The position numbers and the translations under genes were made by a program. Shown one piece after another: positions 27,155 to 36,932 of a stretch of 64,000 bases of DNA. The notes under the pieces were generated by a model. That model was not told where the DNA came from. It saw only the letters and a program-made list of their open reading frames with translations, and did no database searches. Each line of letters opens with the position of its first letter. Positions within the stretch are counted from its first letter, which is position 1. The stretch is from an uncultured virus (IMG/VR IMGVR_UViG_3300010355_000481). Lineage: Duplodnaviria; Heunggongvirae; Uroviricota; Caudoviricetes; Crassvirales. The DNA lies in IMG/VR virus record IMGVR_UViG_3300010355_000481, one strand, 5' to 3'.

Positions 27155-28954
27155 TTATACACCTGTTGGTGAAAGATCATGCTTGCAATCTGATAAGAAA
27201 TTAGTAGTTCCTCCTATACCATTTACGGCCGGAGTAATAATTGCATTACCTGCAGTAGTTACATGTGTCATTGTCGGCATATGAGAAGGTGTGGTCAAAT
27301 ATATATCATCTTTAAACCAATCTTCTATTTTATGAATAGGATTACCATTATCAGCATATCCCCATTCGTTTAATGGTCCAATTGCTCCAGCTACAGAAGA
27401 TAAATTGTGCCCAGATAAATGAGTTAATACCATCGTCGTAGGTGTATCTATAGTTAAGGTAAAAAATCGATCTAATTGATTTGTATTATCAACTGTAGTT
27501 GTGGTTCCATCTTCAATACTACATACGATACAATACCCTTGAGCTTGTGCTGATAAAGTAATGTGTTCTATCAAACGTCTTTTAAAAATATTAAATGCAG
27601 CTATATTTAATGGAGGCGCTCCTCCAATTTCGTTATATCCTCTATTGGAATAACCATTTAAACCTATACCATCTGTTACGCCGTCTAGTTTAAATTCAGA
27701 AAATGTATATCGAAACATGTCTTTTAATCCCCGGGTTCTAAATAAATTTACCTTGGTATTTGTGTGTAATGTCCCATATATTCCATCTATAAAGTGTATA
27801 TTGTTACTATCTGCCCCTGGAACTTTATTAGCAGGTAAGACTAAATCTGTAAATGTGTTGTTTATCGCCGTAGGGGATTCAAATAACGGAAGATTTTCGT
27901 CGGTATATGAATTGTGAATAGAGGTACCTATTGCAAGTTTTAATACTTCATAAAAGAATTGAACCGTGTATCGATTGAATACTTTAGTAGTTAGATCACC
28001 TGGAGCTGGAGTTGTTCCTTTAGGTACTGATAAAATAAAAGCGCTACTGTCTTTAGTTTTATAACTAGCACAAGGTATATTATTATAAAATTGTTGTGCA
28101 TTTAATTGAGCAACTAAAGCATCTGTTCCAAAAACTTCAGGGCTTAAGTTAGTTGATCCTATATTATCAATTATTATACTCGTAATAGGTAATGTACAAT
28201 TATTAGAATTTAAAACGGGACCACCATTAATAGTACTCTCCATTACTTGCATATCTCTAAATAAGCAACTAGCGTCGTATTCATACTCATCATATTCGCT
28301 GTATTCGATATCAAGTATAAAATGCCCTACGATATCTGTATCACATAATATATGTCCTGATAATTTTTTCTTACCACAATAAGGATAAAAATTAGTCGTA
28401 TTGATAGATACTATACCTGTACTTGCGTTAATAGTTGCTCCGGTTCCATCAGTATTTAGTAATACATAGGTTTTTGTTCCCGTACAAGCTGGTTGATTAG
28501 GTAAAGTAGATACGTCAATTGATGTACTATTTATTGTATTACTTGTTAATACATTTATAGGTGCGGAAGTGGTTCCTCCTACATTAAACGTAGTAGTTGT
28601 ACCTGCTTCATTAGTATATGTATAGGTACCGTTACCATTATCTACCATCGTAGTAGTAATGTTTAATTGAGCTATAGGTATACATACGGCGTTTGAAACC
28701 GTAGCAGAAGTAACTACATTTAATAGATCAAAACATAAATCAGTACCATTAACGTGAGGATTTACTAATCTAGTATCTGTATTGACTACAGTAGCATCAG
28801 GTACAAAAGGACAGCAAGCAAAATTAGGGTTTAAACCAAACTCTTTCAATTGGTGAAACATCCATAAAGTTAGATCGATATCCCTTACTGTAGGGTTTTC
28901 TGGATCAAAGTCTTTACGATAAAAATGCCCGGCTTTAAGTACTAAATTTTTCAT
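27155..28954 (-). CDS. putative virion structural/tail protein
   Basis: T/N/G-rich; DNGNGTYTYTNEAG repeat; N-terminal ~95 aa paralogous to 34526..35041. Confidence 0.6.
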   Translation of the reverse strand: MKNLVLKAGHFYRKDFDPENPTVRDIDLTLWMFHQLKEFGLNPNFACCPFVPDATVVNTDTRLVNPHVNGTDLCFDLLNVVTSATVSNAVCIPIAQLNITTTMVDNGNGTYTYTNEAGTTTTFNVGGTTSAPINVLTSNTINSTSIDVSTLPNQPACTGTKTYVLLNTDGTGATINASTGIVSINTTNFYPYCGKKKLSGHILCDTDIVGHFILDIEYSEYDEYEYDASCLFRDMQVMESTINGGPVLNSNNCTLPITSIIIDNIGSTNLSPEVFGTDALVAQLNAQQFYNNIPCASYKTKDSSAFILSVPKGTTPAPGDLTTKVFNRYTVQFFYEVLKLAIGTSIHNSYTDENLPLFESPTAINNTFTDLVLPANKVPGADSNNIHFIDGIYGTLHTNTKVNLFRTRGLKDMFRYTFSEFKLDGVTDGIGLNGYSNRGYNEIGGAPPLNIAAFNIFKRRLIEHITLSAQAQGYCIVCSIEDGTTTTVDNTNQLDRFFTLTIDTPTTMVLTHLSGHNLSSVAGAIGPLNEWGYADNGNPIHKIEDWFKDDIYLTTPSHMPTMTHVTTAGNAIITPAVNGIGGTTNFLSDCKHDLSPTGV

Positions 28955-31050
28955 TACTCTGTAATTTCAATTAAGAAGTCTTCTGTTTCACCTGAGCTAT
29001 ACATAGAACAGCTATTTAAATTTACACCATTAATACCATCTGCTACGATTAATCTCATACCAGTTACTCCTGATAATGCGTTTAAAGGAATTTCGATAGT
29101 GCTAACAACGTGTCGTGGATTTAATACTGGAGCATTAGATTCTGAATAAACTTTTTCATCTAAAGAGAAGAAACCGTCGTGATCAAAGTCAATCCACATT
29201 GCAAATCCTGAACTGTAGAAAGGAGAACCATCGCAATCATCTAATTCTACATCAAAGTCTACAAAGCTACCTTTTTGTACAAATAAAGCAATACCTTCTG
29301 TTTTAGTGTAACGACCTTCTAAAGACCCAATTACAGATTCAGTAGGACATTCTGTATCTTTCGTATACTCTCCTATTGTAATTGCTTGCATATCTACATC
29401 AGCATCGTTCATAGCTATACTTGTACAATAACAATCGTAAAAAGGTTTCATACCAATTACAACAGGTGTGCTATATACTGTGTCTGTCATACAAATTACT
29501 CGACAATAAAAGAATGCAGTGTCATTAATAACGCCTGTGTACTGCAAACTAGTAGCGCCAGCCAAGGGTGTGTTATGTTTAAACCATTGATATTCTACAT
29601 TACCACCTTCGATTAAATTCTCTAATGATACTGTTACTGGTGTTCCTTTACAAACTAATGTATCTGTTGCTTTAGTTGCTCCTGGCGTAGGGTTGCTACA
29701 TAAAGAACTTTCTAAGATGTTTACTAAGTAATCTTCTGTTTCTCCAAAAGAATAATATCCGTAGGGAGATGTAATAGGATTATTTTGCTCAGATACAATA
29801 ACTCTCATTTTTGTTATCCCGTGTAAAGCTTCTGCAGGGATTGTAATTGTACCTACAATTTCATTATCACCTAATTTAGGAGTGAGAGTTTTTACAACTT
29901 GCTCGTCAGCTTCAAATGCTCCACTTTGATCATAATCAATAAAGATAGTTCCAAAGTTTAAGTAATCATTTAAACATGTTTTGATTCCAATTACATATGG
30001 GATAGCTTTTCCTTTCTCTATTTTAATGGGGGGAAGATTTTGATAATTAGTATATAAGTGATCACCAGTAGTGCAAGATGAAACGTTTGTAATATTGTTT
30101 AAAGAAACTTTTACAATATCTTCGTCTGCTGGAGAAATAGCTTTACTAATTCCGAAGCAATCGTATATAGGAGAAACTGTTAATCTGAATACAGGAGTTG
30201 TATCTGATTTACCTGCACAAGATGCTATACATTGGTAATAGAAAGGTTCAGCCCATTGTACATTAATGTTATTACCATAATCAGCGACTCCAAAGTTTAA
30301 ACTATCATAAGAAGACATCCAAGTGTATGTTACACCGCTTACAGGTGTAGAAGTTAAAGATAAATTAACTGTTTCAAATTGACAAGCATGTGCTGGTCCT
30401 ACGATTGTACCTGCTTTAAAATCACAAGAAGTATCAGGTAAAGAATATGTAATTCTTAGTGTAGGACGTAAATTACCATAATTTGGTCCTACAAGATTAG
30501 TAGCAGATGTTAAAGGAGTAGTAGACGCTGTACCGACTGATTTACCTGCAGCATTAATTCTATGAAATTTGATAGCACCTAAAGAAGGAGTTGTTCTGTT
30601 CCAATTAGTTGTTAATTGTAATGTATTTCCTCCGTATACAAAAGAAGGAACATCGCAACTAATCCAACCATTTGCTTGCGTTGGAACTACTAAACTAGGA
30701 TTACTATACACTAATGTAGATCCTGATAATACAGAACCAAATGTAGAAGTAGAAATAGTTTCTACACTTGTATTCTTTAAATATACTTTAAATTCCCCGG
30801 TAGTACCGACAGAACTAATTTTCAACCATTCTAATTTAGTGATTGTAGACCCTGTAGGAATATCTAATTCTGATGCAGTGTATAAATAACTGTTAGCAGA
30901 AGATGTTAAAAGTGAACCAGTTGATAACTGGATAAAAGGTCCATAATTAGCAGAATTAGCTCCTGTTAATGGTCCAATTGTTTTTGTCAATTGTGCGTAG
31001 TTTACTATCGTAAACAATGCAAATAGTATTGATAATACTGTTTTTTTCAT
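28954..31050 (-). CDS. signal-peptide protein with two GEVED domains (Bacteroidota secreted-protein-like)
   Basis: MKKTVLSILFALFTIVNYA|Q signal peptide; IDYDQSGAF...GETEDY and WIDFDHDGFF...GETEDF. Confidence 0.8.
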   Translation of the reverse strand: MKKTVLSILFALFTIVNYAQLTKTIGPLTGANSANYGPFIQLSTGSLLTSSANSYLYTASELDIPTGSTITKLEWLKISSVGTTGEFKVYLKNTSVETISTSTFGSVLSGSTLVYSNPSLVVPTQANGWISCDVPSFVYGGNTLQLTTNWNRTTPSLGAIKFHRINAAGKSVGTASTTPLTSATNLVGPNYGNLRPTLRITYSLPDTSCDFKAGTIVGPAHACQFETVNLSLTSTPVSGVTYTWMSSYDSLNFGVADYGNNINVQWAEPFYYQCIASCAGKSDTTPVFRLTVSPIYDCFGISKAISPADEDIVKVSLNNITNVSSCTTGDHLYTNYQNLPPIKIEKGKAIPYVIGIKTCLNDYLNFGTIFIDYDQSGAFEADEQVVKTLTPKLGDNEIVGTITIPAEALHGITKMRVIVSEQNNPITSPYGYYSFGETEDYLVNILESSLCSNPTPGATKATDTLVCKGTPVTVSLENLIEGGNVEYQWFKHNTPLAGATSLQYTGVINDTAFFYCRVICMTDTVYSTPVVIGMKPFYDCYCTSIAMNDADVDMQAITIGEYTKDTECPTESVIGSLEGRYTKTEGIALFVQKGSFVDFDVELDDCDGSPFYSSGFAMWIDFDHDGFFSLDEKVYSESNAPVLNPRHVVSTIEIPLNALSGVTGMRLIVADGINGVNLNSCSMYSSGETEDFLIEITE

Positions 31051-31122
31051 ATTTTTGTTTAATTTTTGGTTTAATTTTTATAATCTTACGCCCTCTATAG
31101 CGTTAGTTGCTTGTATTTTTAA

Positions 31123-31933
31123 TTAATTGTATACTGTGTTTAATAATTTGAATTTATTTTTATAAAAAGAAATAGCTTTTTGTTCTGCATAATTTAAAAT
31201 ATCTAAAGGAACGTTTTTCATTATAGGTTTAATTTCTGGGATGTAATTAATATTTTTAAGCCATTTACCCATTTTTGTTTTTTTATTATTTGCACAATGG
31301 TGTTTCAACCTTACCCTTATATCTACTATAGTTTTTCCTATATATACAATGTTATTATTTATATCATAAATTGCATATACTGTGCCTTGAGTTACTCCTA
31401 CATTTCTAGAACATCCACAGCTTTTAGTATTACCTTTTTTAAGGTTACTTGCAAAGATTATACGTTCTTTTCCACATTCACACCGACAAACCCAAAGATG
31501 CCCAGTGTTTTCAGAAGAGTGGCTATACTTTATTACAATTAATTTTCCAAATTTTTGTCCTACTAGATCTTCTTTTATATGGTGATTACACCCGCAACTT
31601 TTTGTACTTCCATTTTTTAAACAACCTCCTTGAATTATAGCTTCTTTTCCGCATTCACATTCGCATAACCAGTGAGAAGCTCCTTTTTTTTATAGTTGCA
31701 AGAGATTTTACAGTGAGTTTTCCAAATAGTTGTCCTGTTAAATCTTCCCTATTATTTTTTAAACAACCACAACTACTTGTGTGCCCATTATTTAAATTAT
31801 AACCTAAAACAATCTTTTCAGTACCACATTCACATTTACATACCCAGTGACTATTACCTTTTGTGTTTTTATGAGAATATTTTATTACTTCTAGTTTTCC
31901 AAACTTTTTACCAATTAAATCTATTCTTTTCAT
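31123..31933 (-). pseudogene. frameshifted homing endonuclease: three Zn-ribbon repeats plus C-terminal GIY-YIG
   Basis: Three DL.G.KFGKL.V...W.C.CECG...SCGC repeats, then GTVYAI...VYIGKT...RLKHH; a single +1 shift at the A8 run (T8 at 31684-31691) joins both fragments. Confidence 0.75.
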
Positions 31934-31951
31934 TTTATAAAAATGTAAAAA

Positions 31952-33499
31952 TTATAACCTAACAGCTTCTACACAGAACGTAGCTTGATTGTAATATAAA
32001 TATGTGTTATCTGGGGCAGCTCCTGCACCTGTGTTAATAGCTGTAGTAGCTGCAGATCTGTTAGCAAATGATGGTAAATTATCATTGCTTATAATAAATT
32101 GATTATTTAAAGTGTTTGCAATACTATAAACTGAATCAACCCCTGCATGAGAACCTAAAGCTATTACATCATCTCCTGCACCAGAAGCTAAAGCACCAGG
32201 CCCAATACCTATAGATTGTTTTCCAGAGTATTCAAGACCTGTTGGTGCTTCTAAGTTTGTAGTTATACCAAAAGCTCCTCCACCTACATTATAAGGACAT
32301 GTTCCTGGCATTCCTATAAACAAATTCTTTTCTCCTGTATTTGATTGCCCAATATCTTTACCTATACCTATACTACGATTACCTACATTTCCTCCCATAG
32401 CTCCTCTACCTATTCCTATAGCATATTCACCAGCATTAGTAGTACCAGCAAGACTTCCTATAAGAACAACTTCTGAAGCAGCATTATCTGATCCAGCGTA
32501 TGCTCCTATAATAATTGGATTTTCCGCACCATATTGACCATACCCTGCAGCAACACCGATAAGAATAGCACTAACAGTTGTAAAACATTGTTGACCTGCT
32601 TGATAACCAATTAAAACTGAATCTGATGCGTCGCACGTATTACCTGCGTCAGCACCGATGGAAACAGTTCCACCTGCAGCACCTGTAGCATTAGTCATTG
32701 CACCAACACCTATAGCCACATTTCTTGGTCCTATATTATTTTCTCCTGTAGTTTTACCAATAAGAACACAATCATTTGCAGTGTTCATTTTACCAGCAGA
32801 GTTGCCAATCATAATATTAGTAGAACCAGTATTATTTTGACCTGTATCTTTACCTATAAATACATTATCAATAGCTGTATTATCTTTACCTGCATTAGTG
32901 CCAATACCTATAACATTGTTTGCAGGATTGTTTTCTAAAGCATTAATACCTATTGCTACCATATTAGCTCCTGTATTCAAAGATCCTGCATTAGTTCCTA
33001 TACCTATAGAATCAGCACCTGTATTTGAAGACATTGCTGACGCACCAATAGCTACAGCATTAATACCTGAATTATCATTACCTGCAAAAGATCCTATAAT
33101 TGTAGAATAATTTCCTGTATTAGAAGATCCTGCACGTTCACCTAATAAAGTTGAGTTAGTACCTGTATTTCCAGATCCTGCATTGAATCCTACAACAGTA
33201 GTAGTAGGGATAGATAAATTACCATTACCAACACGAACATCTTGATTAAGGAAAATATCAGAACTGTGTTTAATCTCTTCGGTATAATCATTAACACCAT
33301 TAGGTAATACAGCACCCGTAGCGGCATCTCTCCAAAAATCTGGAGCAGCGGTCCATACAGGAACGCCTCCAACTATATTTAAAGTTTGGCCATTTGCCCC
33401 AGGTGCTACATATGTTTGTTCGTTAATTCCGTTAGTTACTATAATAGATCCAGGTAATAATGATAATTCCTGATCTTTACTAATTCTATTCCTACTCAT
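31952..33499 (-). CDS. tail fibre/spike-like protein with ~14-aa beta-roll (YadA-head-like) repeats
   Basis: Many IG.NAG..NTG repeats; N-terminus paralogous to 33569..34492. Confidence 0.7.
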   Translation of the reverse strand: MSRNRISKDQELSLLPGSIIVTNGINEQTYVAPGANGQTLNIVGGVPVWTAAPDFWRDAATGAVLPNGVNDYTEEIKHSSDIFLNQDVRVGNGNLSIPTTTVVGFNAGSGNTGTNSTLLGERAGSSNTGNYSTIIGSFAGNDNSGINAVAIGASAMSSNTGADSIGIGTNAGSLNTGANMVAIGINALENNPANNVIGIGTNAGKDNTAIDNVFIGKDTGQNNTGSTNIMIGNSAGKMNTANDCVLIGKTTGENNIGPRNVAIGVGAMTNATGAAGGTVSIGADAGNTCDASDSVLIGYQAGQQCFTTVSAILIGVAAGYGQYGAENPIIIGAYAGSDNAASEVVLIGSLAGTTNAGEYAIGIGRGAMGGNVGNRSIGIGKDIGQSNTGEKNLFIGMPGTCPYNVGGGAFGITTNLEAPTGLEYSGKQSIGIGPGALASGAGDDVIALGSHAGVDSVYSIANTLNNQFIISNDNLPSFANRSAATTAINTGAGAAPDNTYLYYNQATFCVEAVRL

Positions 33500-33519
33500 T
33501 TGTTTAAAATTTATTTATT

Positions 33520-33554
33520 AAAAAATAACTTAGACACCGTAGTGTCTAAGTTAT
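33520..33554 (-). terminator. intrinsic terminator / strong hairpin
   Basis: Perfect 13-bp stem ATAACTTAGACAC-CGTA-GTGTCTAAGTTAT, followed by Ts on the - strand. Confidence 0.7.
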
Positions 33555-33568
33555 CTTTAATGTTGTGA

Positions 33569-34492
33569 TTAGTATCTGTAATCTAACTCAACTGTTTCTG
33601 CACCTTGAGCTCCTGTAGATACACCAAATGCTGTTACAAACGTAACTGTCGTACCTGATAATGTGTAATCGGCAGTTAATTGTTGTCTACGACCATTTCT
33701 GTATACTCTCATAGTAGCCGCGATAGGTGTTTGAGTAGCTGTGACAGTAGAACCTGATGTTAAACCTGTAAAGTTATCAAGTTGTTCTCTTAAAGAGATA
33801 GTCAAAGTATCAGTTGCCGTACCTGTAACTAAGATACCATTTGCAATACCTGTGATAGTTAATGTATCACCTGCAGAGATTGTTTGGTTAGTACCTGCTG
33901 TACCTGCTACGGTAAATGTAGAACCCGTTACTGGTGTAACTGCTTCCCATTCTGACGTAGTATTGTTCCAAGTTAACACTTGGCCTGTAGCTGTACCAAC
34001 TGGTGGAACAAGTGTTACGTCATTACCTGCTGTAACTGTTATATTAAATCCGTTGTTTCCAATGAAATTAATAGTATCAGATACACCTACTGTTTCTAAA
34101 CCACCAACTGTATCTGCAATGTCAAAAGTATAACCAAGATAATCGGTCATATTAACAGTTACCGTAGACCCATCATTTAACGTTAAAGTTAAGATGTTGG
34201 TAGTAGGGTTTAATGAGGCACTAGCTAAGAATTTTTCTAGCGGTAAGTTAATATTAGTAGTTGCGCCTAATTCATCTACATACGATAACACACCTGTAGT
34301 GCCATTATATGCAATAGATGTTAATACATCTGCTGGAGCTGCCGTCCATGTAGGGACACCTGCTACGATTGTTAATACTTGCCCTGCGGTTCCAGGTGCT
34401 AAGTACATTTGTTCATTAGAAGCATCGGTTACTACTAGCGACCTAGGGACTAACGATAATTCTGTTTCTTTACTGATGCGTATTCTGCTCAT
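33569..34492 (-). CDS. putative tail fibre/structural protein
   Basis: Thr/Gly-rich beta segments; C-terminal VYRNGRRQ...DYTLSG domain. Confidence 0.65.
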   Translation of the reverse strand: MSRIRISKETELSLVPRSLVVTDASNEQMYLAPGTAGQVLTIVAGVPTWTAAPADVLTSIAYNGTTGVLSYVDELGATTNINLPLEKFLASASLNPTTNILTLTLNDGSTVTVNMTDYLGYTFDIADTVGGLETVGVSDTINFIGNNGFNITVTAGNDVTLVPPVGTATGQVLTWNNTTSEWEAVTPVTGSTFTVAGTAGTNQTISAGDTLTITGIANGILVTGTATDTLTISLREQLDNFTGLTSGSTVTATQTPIAATMRVYRNGRRQQLTADYTLSGTTVTFVTAFGVSTGAQGAETVELDYRY

Positions 34493-34525
34493 GATTTGTT
34501 TTTGTTTTTATTTATAAATAATTTT

Positions 34526-35041
34526 TTAATATTTGTAGTGTACGGCAACCTCTTCTGGTCCAACTGCGCCTCCTGATATCCCGAAAGGTATAGTAAAAGA
34601 AATAGTTACTCCTGATCTAGTATAATCTGTACCTTCTACTTGGAATCTACCATTTCTAAATACAAGAGGTATTGTATTTACAGCTGGGGTGTTAGTTATC
34701 GTAACTGTACTTCCTGAATTTAAATTTGGAAAAACATTTACAATTTCTGTAGTCGCTCCCGGTAATGTAACTGAAACAGCATTAGGAGTAACTACATTTG
34801 TCGTAACATTTAGTATATCAAATACTAAGTTATTTCCGATAATATGTGGATTATCAAGTCTTGTGTCTACTCCCGTTGGAGGTATAATAGGATCATTACA
34901 GCATGCGTCACTAAAAGGTACGCCTAGTCGTAATAATTCTACCCTTAACCAAGAATTAAAGTCAAGACCATTTTCAATCTTTTTCTTACTTTTAGCGGTT
35001 ATTTCCTGAAAATAACCTTCTTTTATAATTAGTCTTTTCAT
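34526..35041 (-). CDS. putative structural adaptor protein
   Basis: Shares its N-terminus with 27155..28954 and its C-terminus with 33569..34492; ATG at 35041 in TAATG overlap. Confidence 0.6.
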   Translation of the reverse strand: MKRLIIKEGYFQEITAKSKKKIENGLDFNSWLRVELLRLGVPFSDACCNDPIIPPTGVDTRLDNPHIIGNNLVFDILNVTTNVVTPNAVSVTLPGATTEIVNVFPNLNSGSTVTITNTPAVNTIPLVFRNGRFQVEGTDYTRSGVTISFTIPFGISGGAVGPEEVAVHYKY

Positions 35042-35463
35042 TAACAGCAAGGATTTGTATAGGTGATTCCGAATTCAGTTAATTTACGTTCGATAAAATG
35101 AGAAAGTGACCCAGATTTACTTCCTTGACGTTTTGAAAAATATAATTTATCTGTAAAAACTTCTAAACGAGTAGAAGATGTACAACATAATGCGTCTACT
35201 TGGGGTTGAGTTAGTACCCCAAAAAATACTAACATCCGTGTAAAGTATTTTTCCATATCATATATATTTGCCATATGATGTGGAGTAAATTGATAAGTAC
35301 CTGGCTGTAAAAACAATGCGTGAGCTTGGCAACAACTATCCGCTACAATAGGTACGCTATATTTTAATAATAACCCTCGAAAATAGTTATCAAGGTTTAA
35401 GCCTGTTTTTTGTTTAGAACTATCTATTCGATAAGCTCCTTGTTTTATATTTACTGTATACAT
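35041..35463 (-). CDS. putative structural protein with three internal repeats ending in CC
   Basis: ...ADSCC, ...DALCC, ...TNPCC. Confidence 0.6.
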   Translation of the reverse strand: MYTVNIKQGAYRIDSSKQKTGLNLDNYFRGLLLKYSVPIVADSCCQAHALFLQPGTYQFTPHHMANIYDMEKYFTRMLVFFGVLTQPQVDALCCTSSTRLEVFTDKLYFSKRQGSKSGSLSHFIERKLTEFGITYTNPCC

Positions 35464-35496
35464 AATAAATCTTGTTTTAAGGTAACAAGAAAACTT

Positions 35497-36033
35497 TTAA
35501 GCTTCGTTATCGCTAAGTGCTCCTCCGACATCCATATAACTTTTTACACAACCTGCTGGCATTCCAATAGCGTATATTGGACGTCTTACTGTATGTAATC
35601 TTGATTTAGCAATACGAGTTATCCCAACTTTGTTAGATTGGTTTCCACCAAACACATAGAATGAATCTTTTGTTTCGGCTACATATGTTCCTACATGATT
35701 TCCTCCTGTACGTTTAAATACTAAAACATCTCCTCTTACTGCATCTGTTTTTGCCACTGGCGTACCAAATTTTGTCCACGATATAGCCGCTGCAGTGATC
35801 ATTGATACATCTTTTCCAGCTCTTTTGTAAACAATTGCACAGGCCGTAGAACACCATGGAGTTTCATCATCTTTAATCCAACTAAAGTTTTTACCTAATT
35901 CTTTAATCCATCCCATAATAATGGAACTGTGGTTACGTCCTGGAATTTCTCTTACATCGTTGATTGCTAACCATTCTCTGATTGCACGAGGTGAATCTGA
36001 TGAAGTTTTTAAATGTTGGATTATTGATTTCAT
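35497..36033 (-). CDS. endolysin, TIGR02594 / NlpC-P60-like Cys-His peptidase
   Basis: DDETPWCS, RGDVLVFKR.GGNHVG and FGGNQSNKV motifs. Confidence 0.85.
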   Translation of the reverse strand: MKSIIQHLKTSSDSPRAIREWLAINDVREIPGRNHSSIIMGWIKELGKNFSWIKDDETPWCSTACAIVYKRAGKDVSMITAAAISWTKFGTPVAKTDAVRGDVLVFKRTGGNHVGTYVAETKDSFYVFGGNQSNKVGITRIAKSRLHTVRRPIYAIGMPAGCVKSYMDVGGALSDNEA

Positions 36034-36248
36034 TATTCTTGGTTTAAAGTGTCCTCAGTTTTAAGGAAAAAAGTTGTTGAATCTATCGAAGAAGAGTCAA
36101 TACTTTGGGTATTTTCGATTGGTTTTAATACATTTATAGGTAAAGATTCTATTGAAACATTGTATCCGCACCAAAATGCTACTGTAGTTAATATTAAAAT
36201 CACAATATTTTTGGTCTTTTCGCTGTATAGAATGTCTTTTATATTCAT
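36033..36248 (-). CDS. small membrane protein (lysis cassette candidate)
   Basis: One hydrophobic segment; next to the endolysin. Confidence 0.5.
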   Translation of the reverse strand: MNIKDILYSEKTKNIVILILTTVAFWCGYNVSIESLPINVLKPIENTQSIDSSSIDSTTFFLKTEDTLNQE

Positions 36249-36249
36249 A

Positions 36250-36612
36250 TTATTCTAATTTAATAGTATCGATTGTTGTGTGGTACCCCCTCGGCGTGTA
36301 TATTGAGTATACGACTTTGTAGTAAGTCGGAACTTCCACATATACAGGCATCTCTTTAATTTTACGAACAGTATGGGTATCTGTAATAACTTTAATGTTA
36401 GTAAGGAAAATAGTATCTCGGAAATTATCCAAAGAATTATGCAAATTAGTCTCTTGTTCATCAAGTATGTCTTTTTTAGAGTTAATGACGTTTTTTATGT
36501 ATTGGTCAGTTGTGTCTGTTTGGGATATACTGGTTTCAGAACTGGTTGAAGCTTGTGGAGCTACAATTAAAGTTAGTATAAATAAAGGAATTATTAGTAT
36601 TAAACTTTTCAT
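36250..36612 (-). CDS. exported/membrane-anchored protein (spanin-like candidate)
   Basis: N-terminal hydrophobic signal, then a helical region. Confidence 0.45.
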   Translation of the reverse strand: MKSLILIIPLFILTLIVAPQASTSSETSISQTDTTDQYIKNVINSKKDILDEQETNLHNSLDNFRDTIFLTNIKVITDTHTVRKIKEMPVYVEVPTYYKVVYSIYTPRGYHTTIDTIKLE

Positions 36613-36932
36613 TATTTCTTACGATTGTTTTTTAAAGAGTCAATTTGTTTTTGGAAATGTTCAACAGCTAGTGTTCTTTCATAAATTTTAATCAATTCTC
36701 TTGCCGAAGAGTCTTTACGTTCTATAACAATTTGATAATTAGCATTCAATGTTTTTACTTCGACGGCATTAGATTTCACTTCATTTACCCATAAATATCC
36801 CATACTCAACGCGATAAGGATGAATATGAAAGCTACGCCAAGGCAAGGAGTCTTTTTAAACTCTAACCATGCATATTTAATTATTTTAAAATGTTCCATC
36901 ATTAATTTTGTATTTTTTATATTCTTACCCAA
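36612..36932 (-). CDS. single-TM coiled-coil protein (holin/i-spanin candidate)
   Basis: LGVAFIFILIALSMGYLWV TM followed by coiled coil. Confidence 0.45.
   Translation of the reverse strand: MGKNIKNTKLMMEHFKIIKYAWLEFKKTPCLGVAFIFILIALSMGYLWVNEVKSNAVEVKTLNANYQIVIERKDSSARELIKIYERTLAVEHFQKQIDSLKNNRKK

Noticed and set aside
33741..35009. Antisense + strand ORFs over late genes (also many within 42079-62057)
   Set aside because: Shadow ORFs opposite long coding frames with no recognisable motifs.
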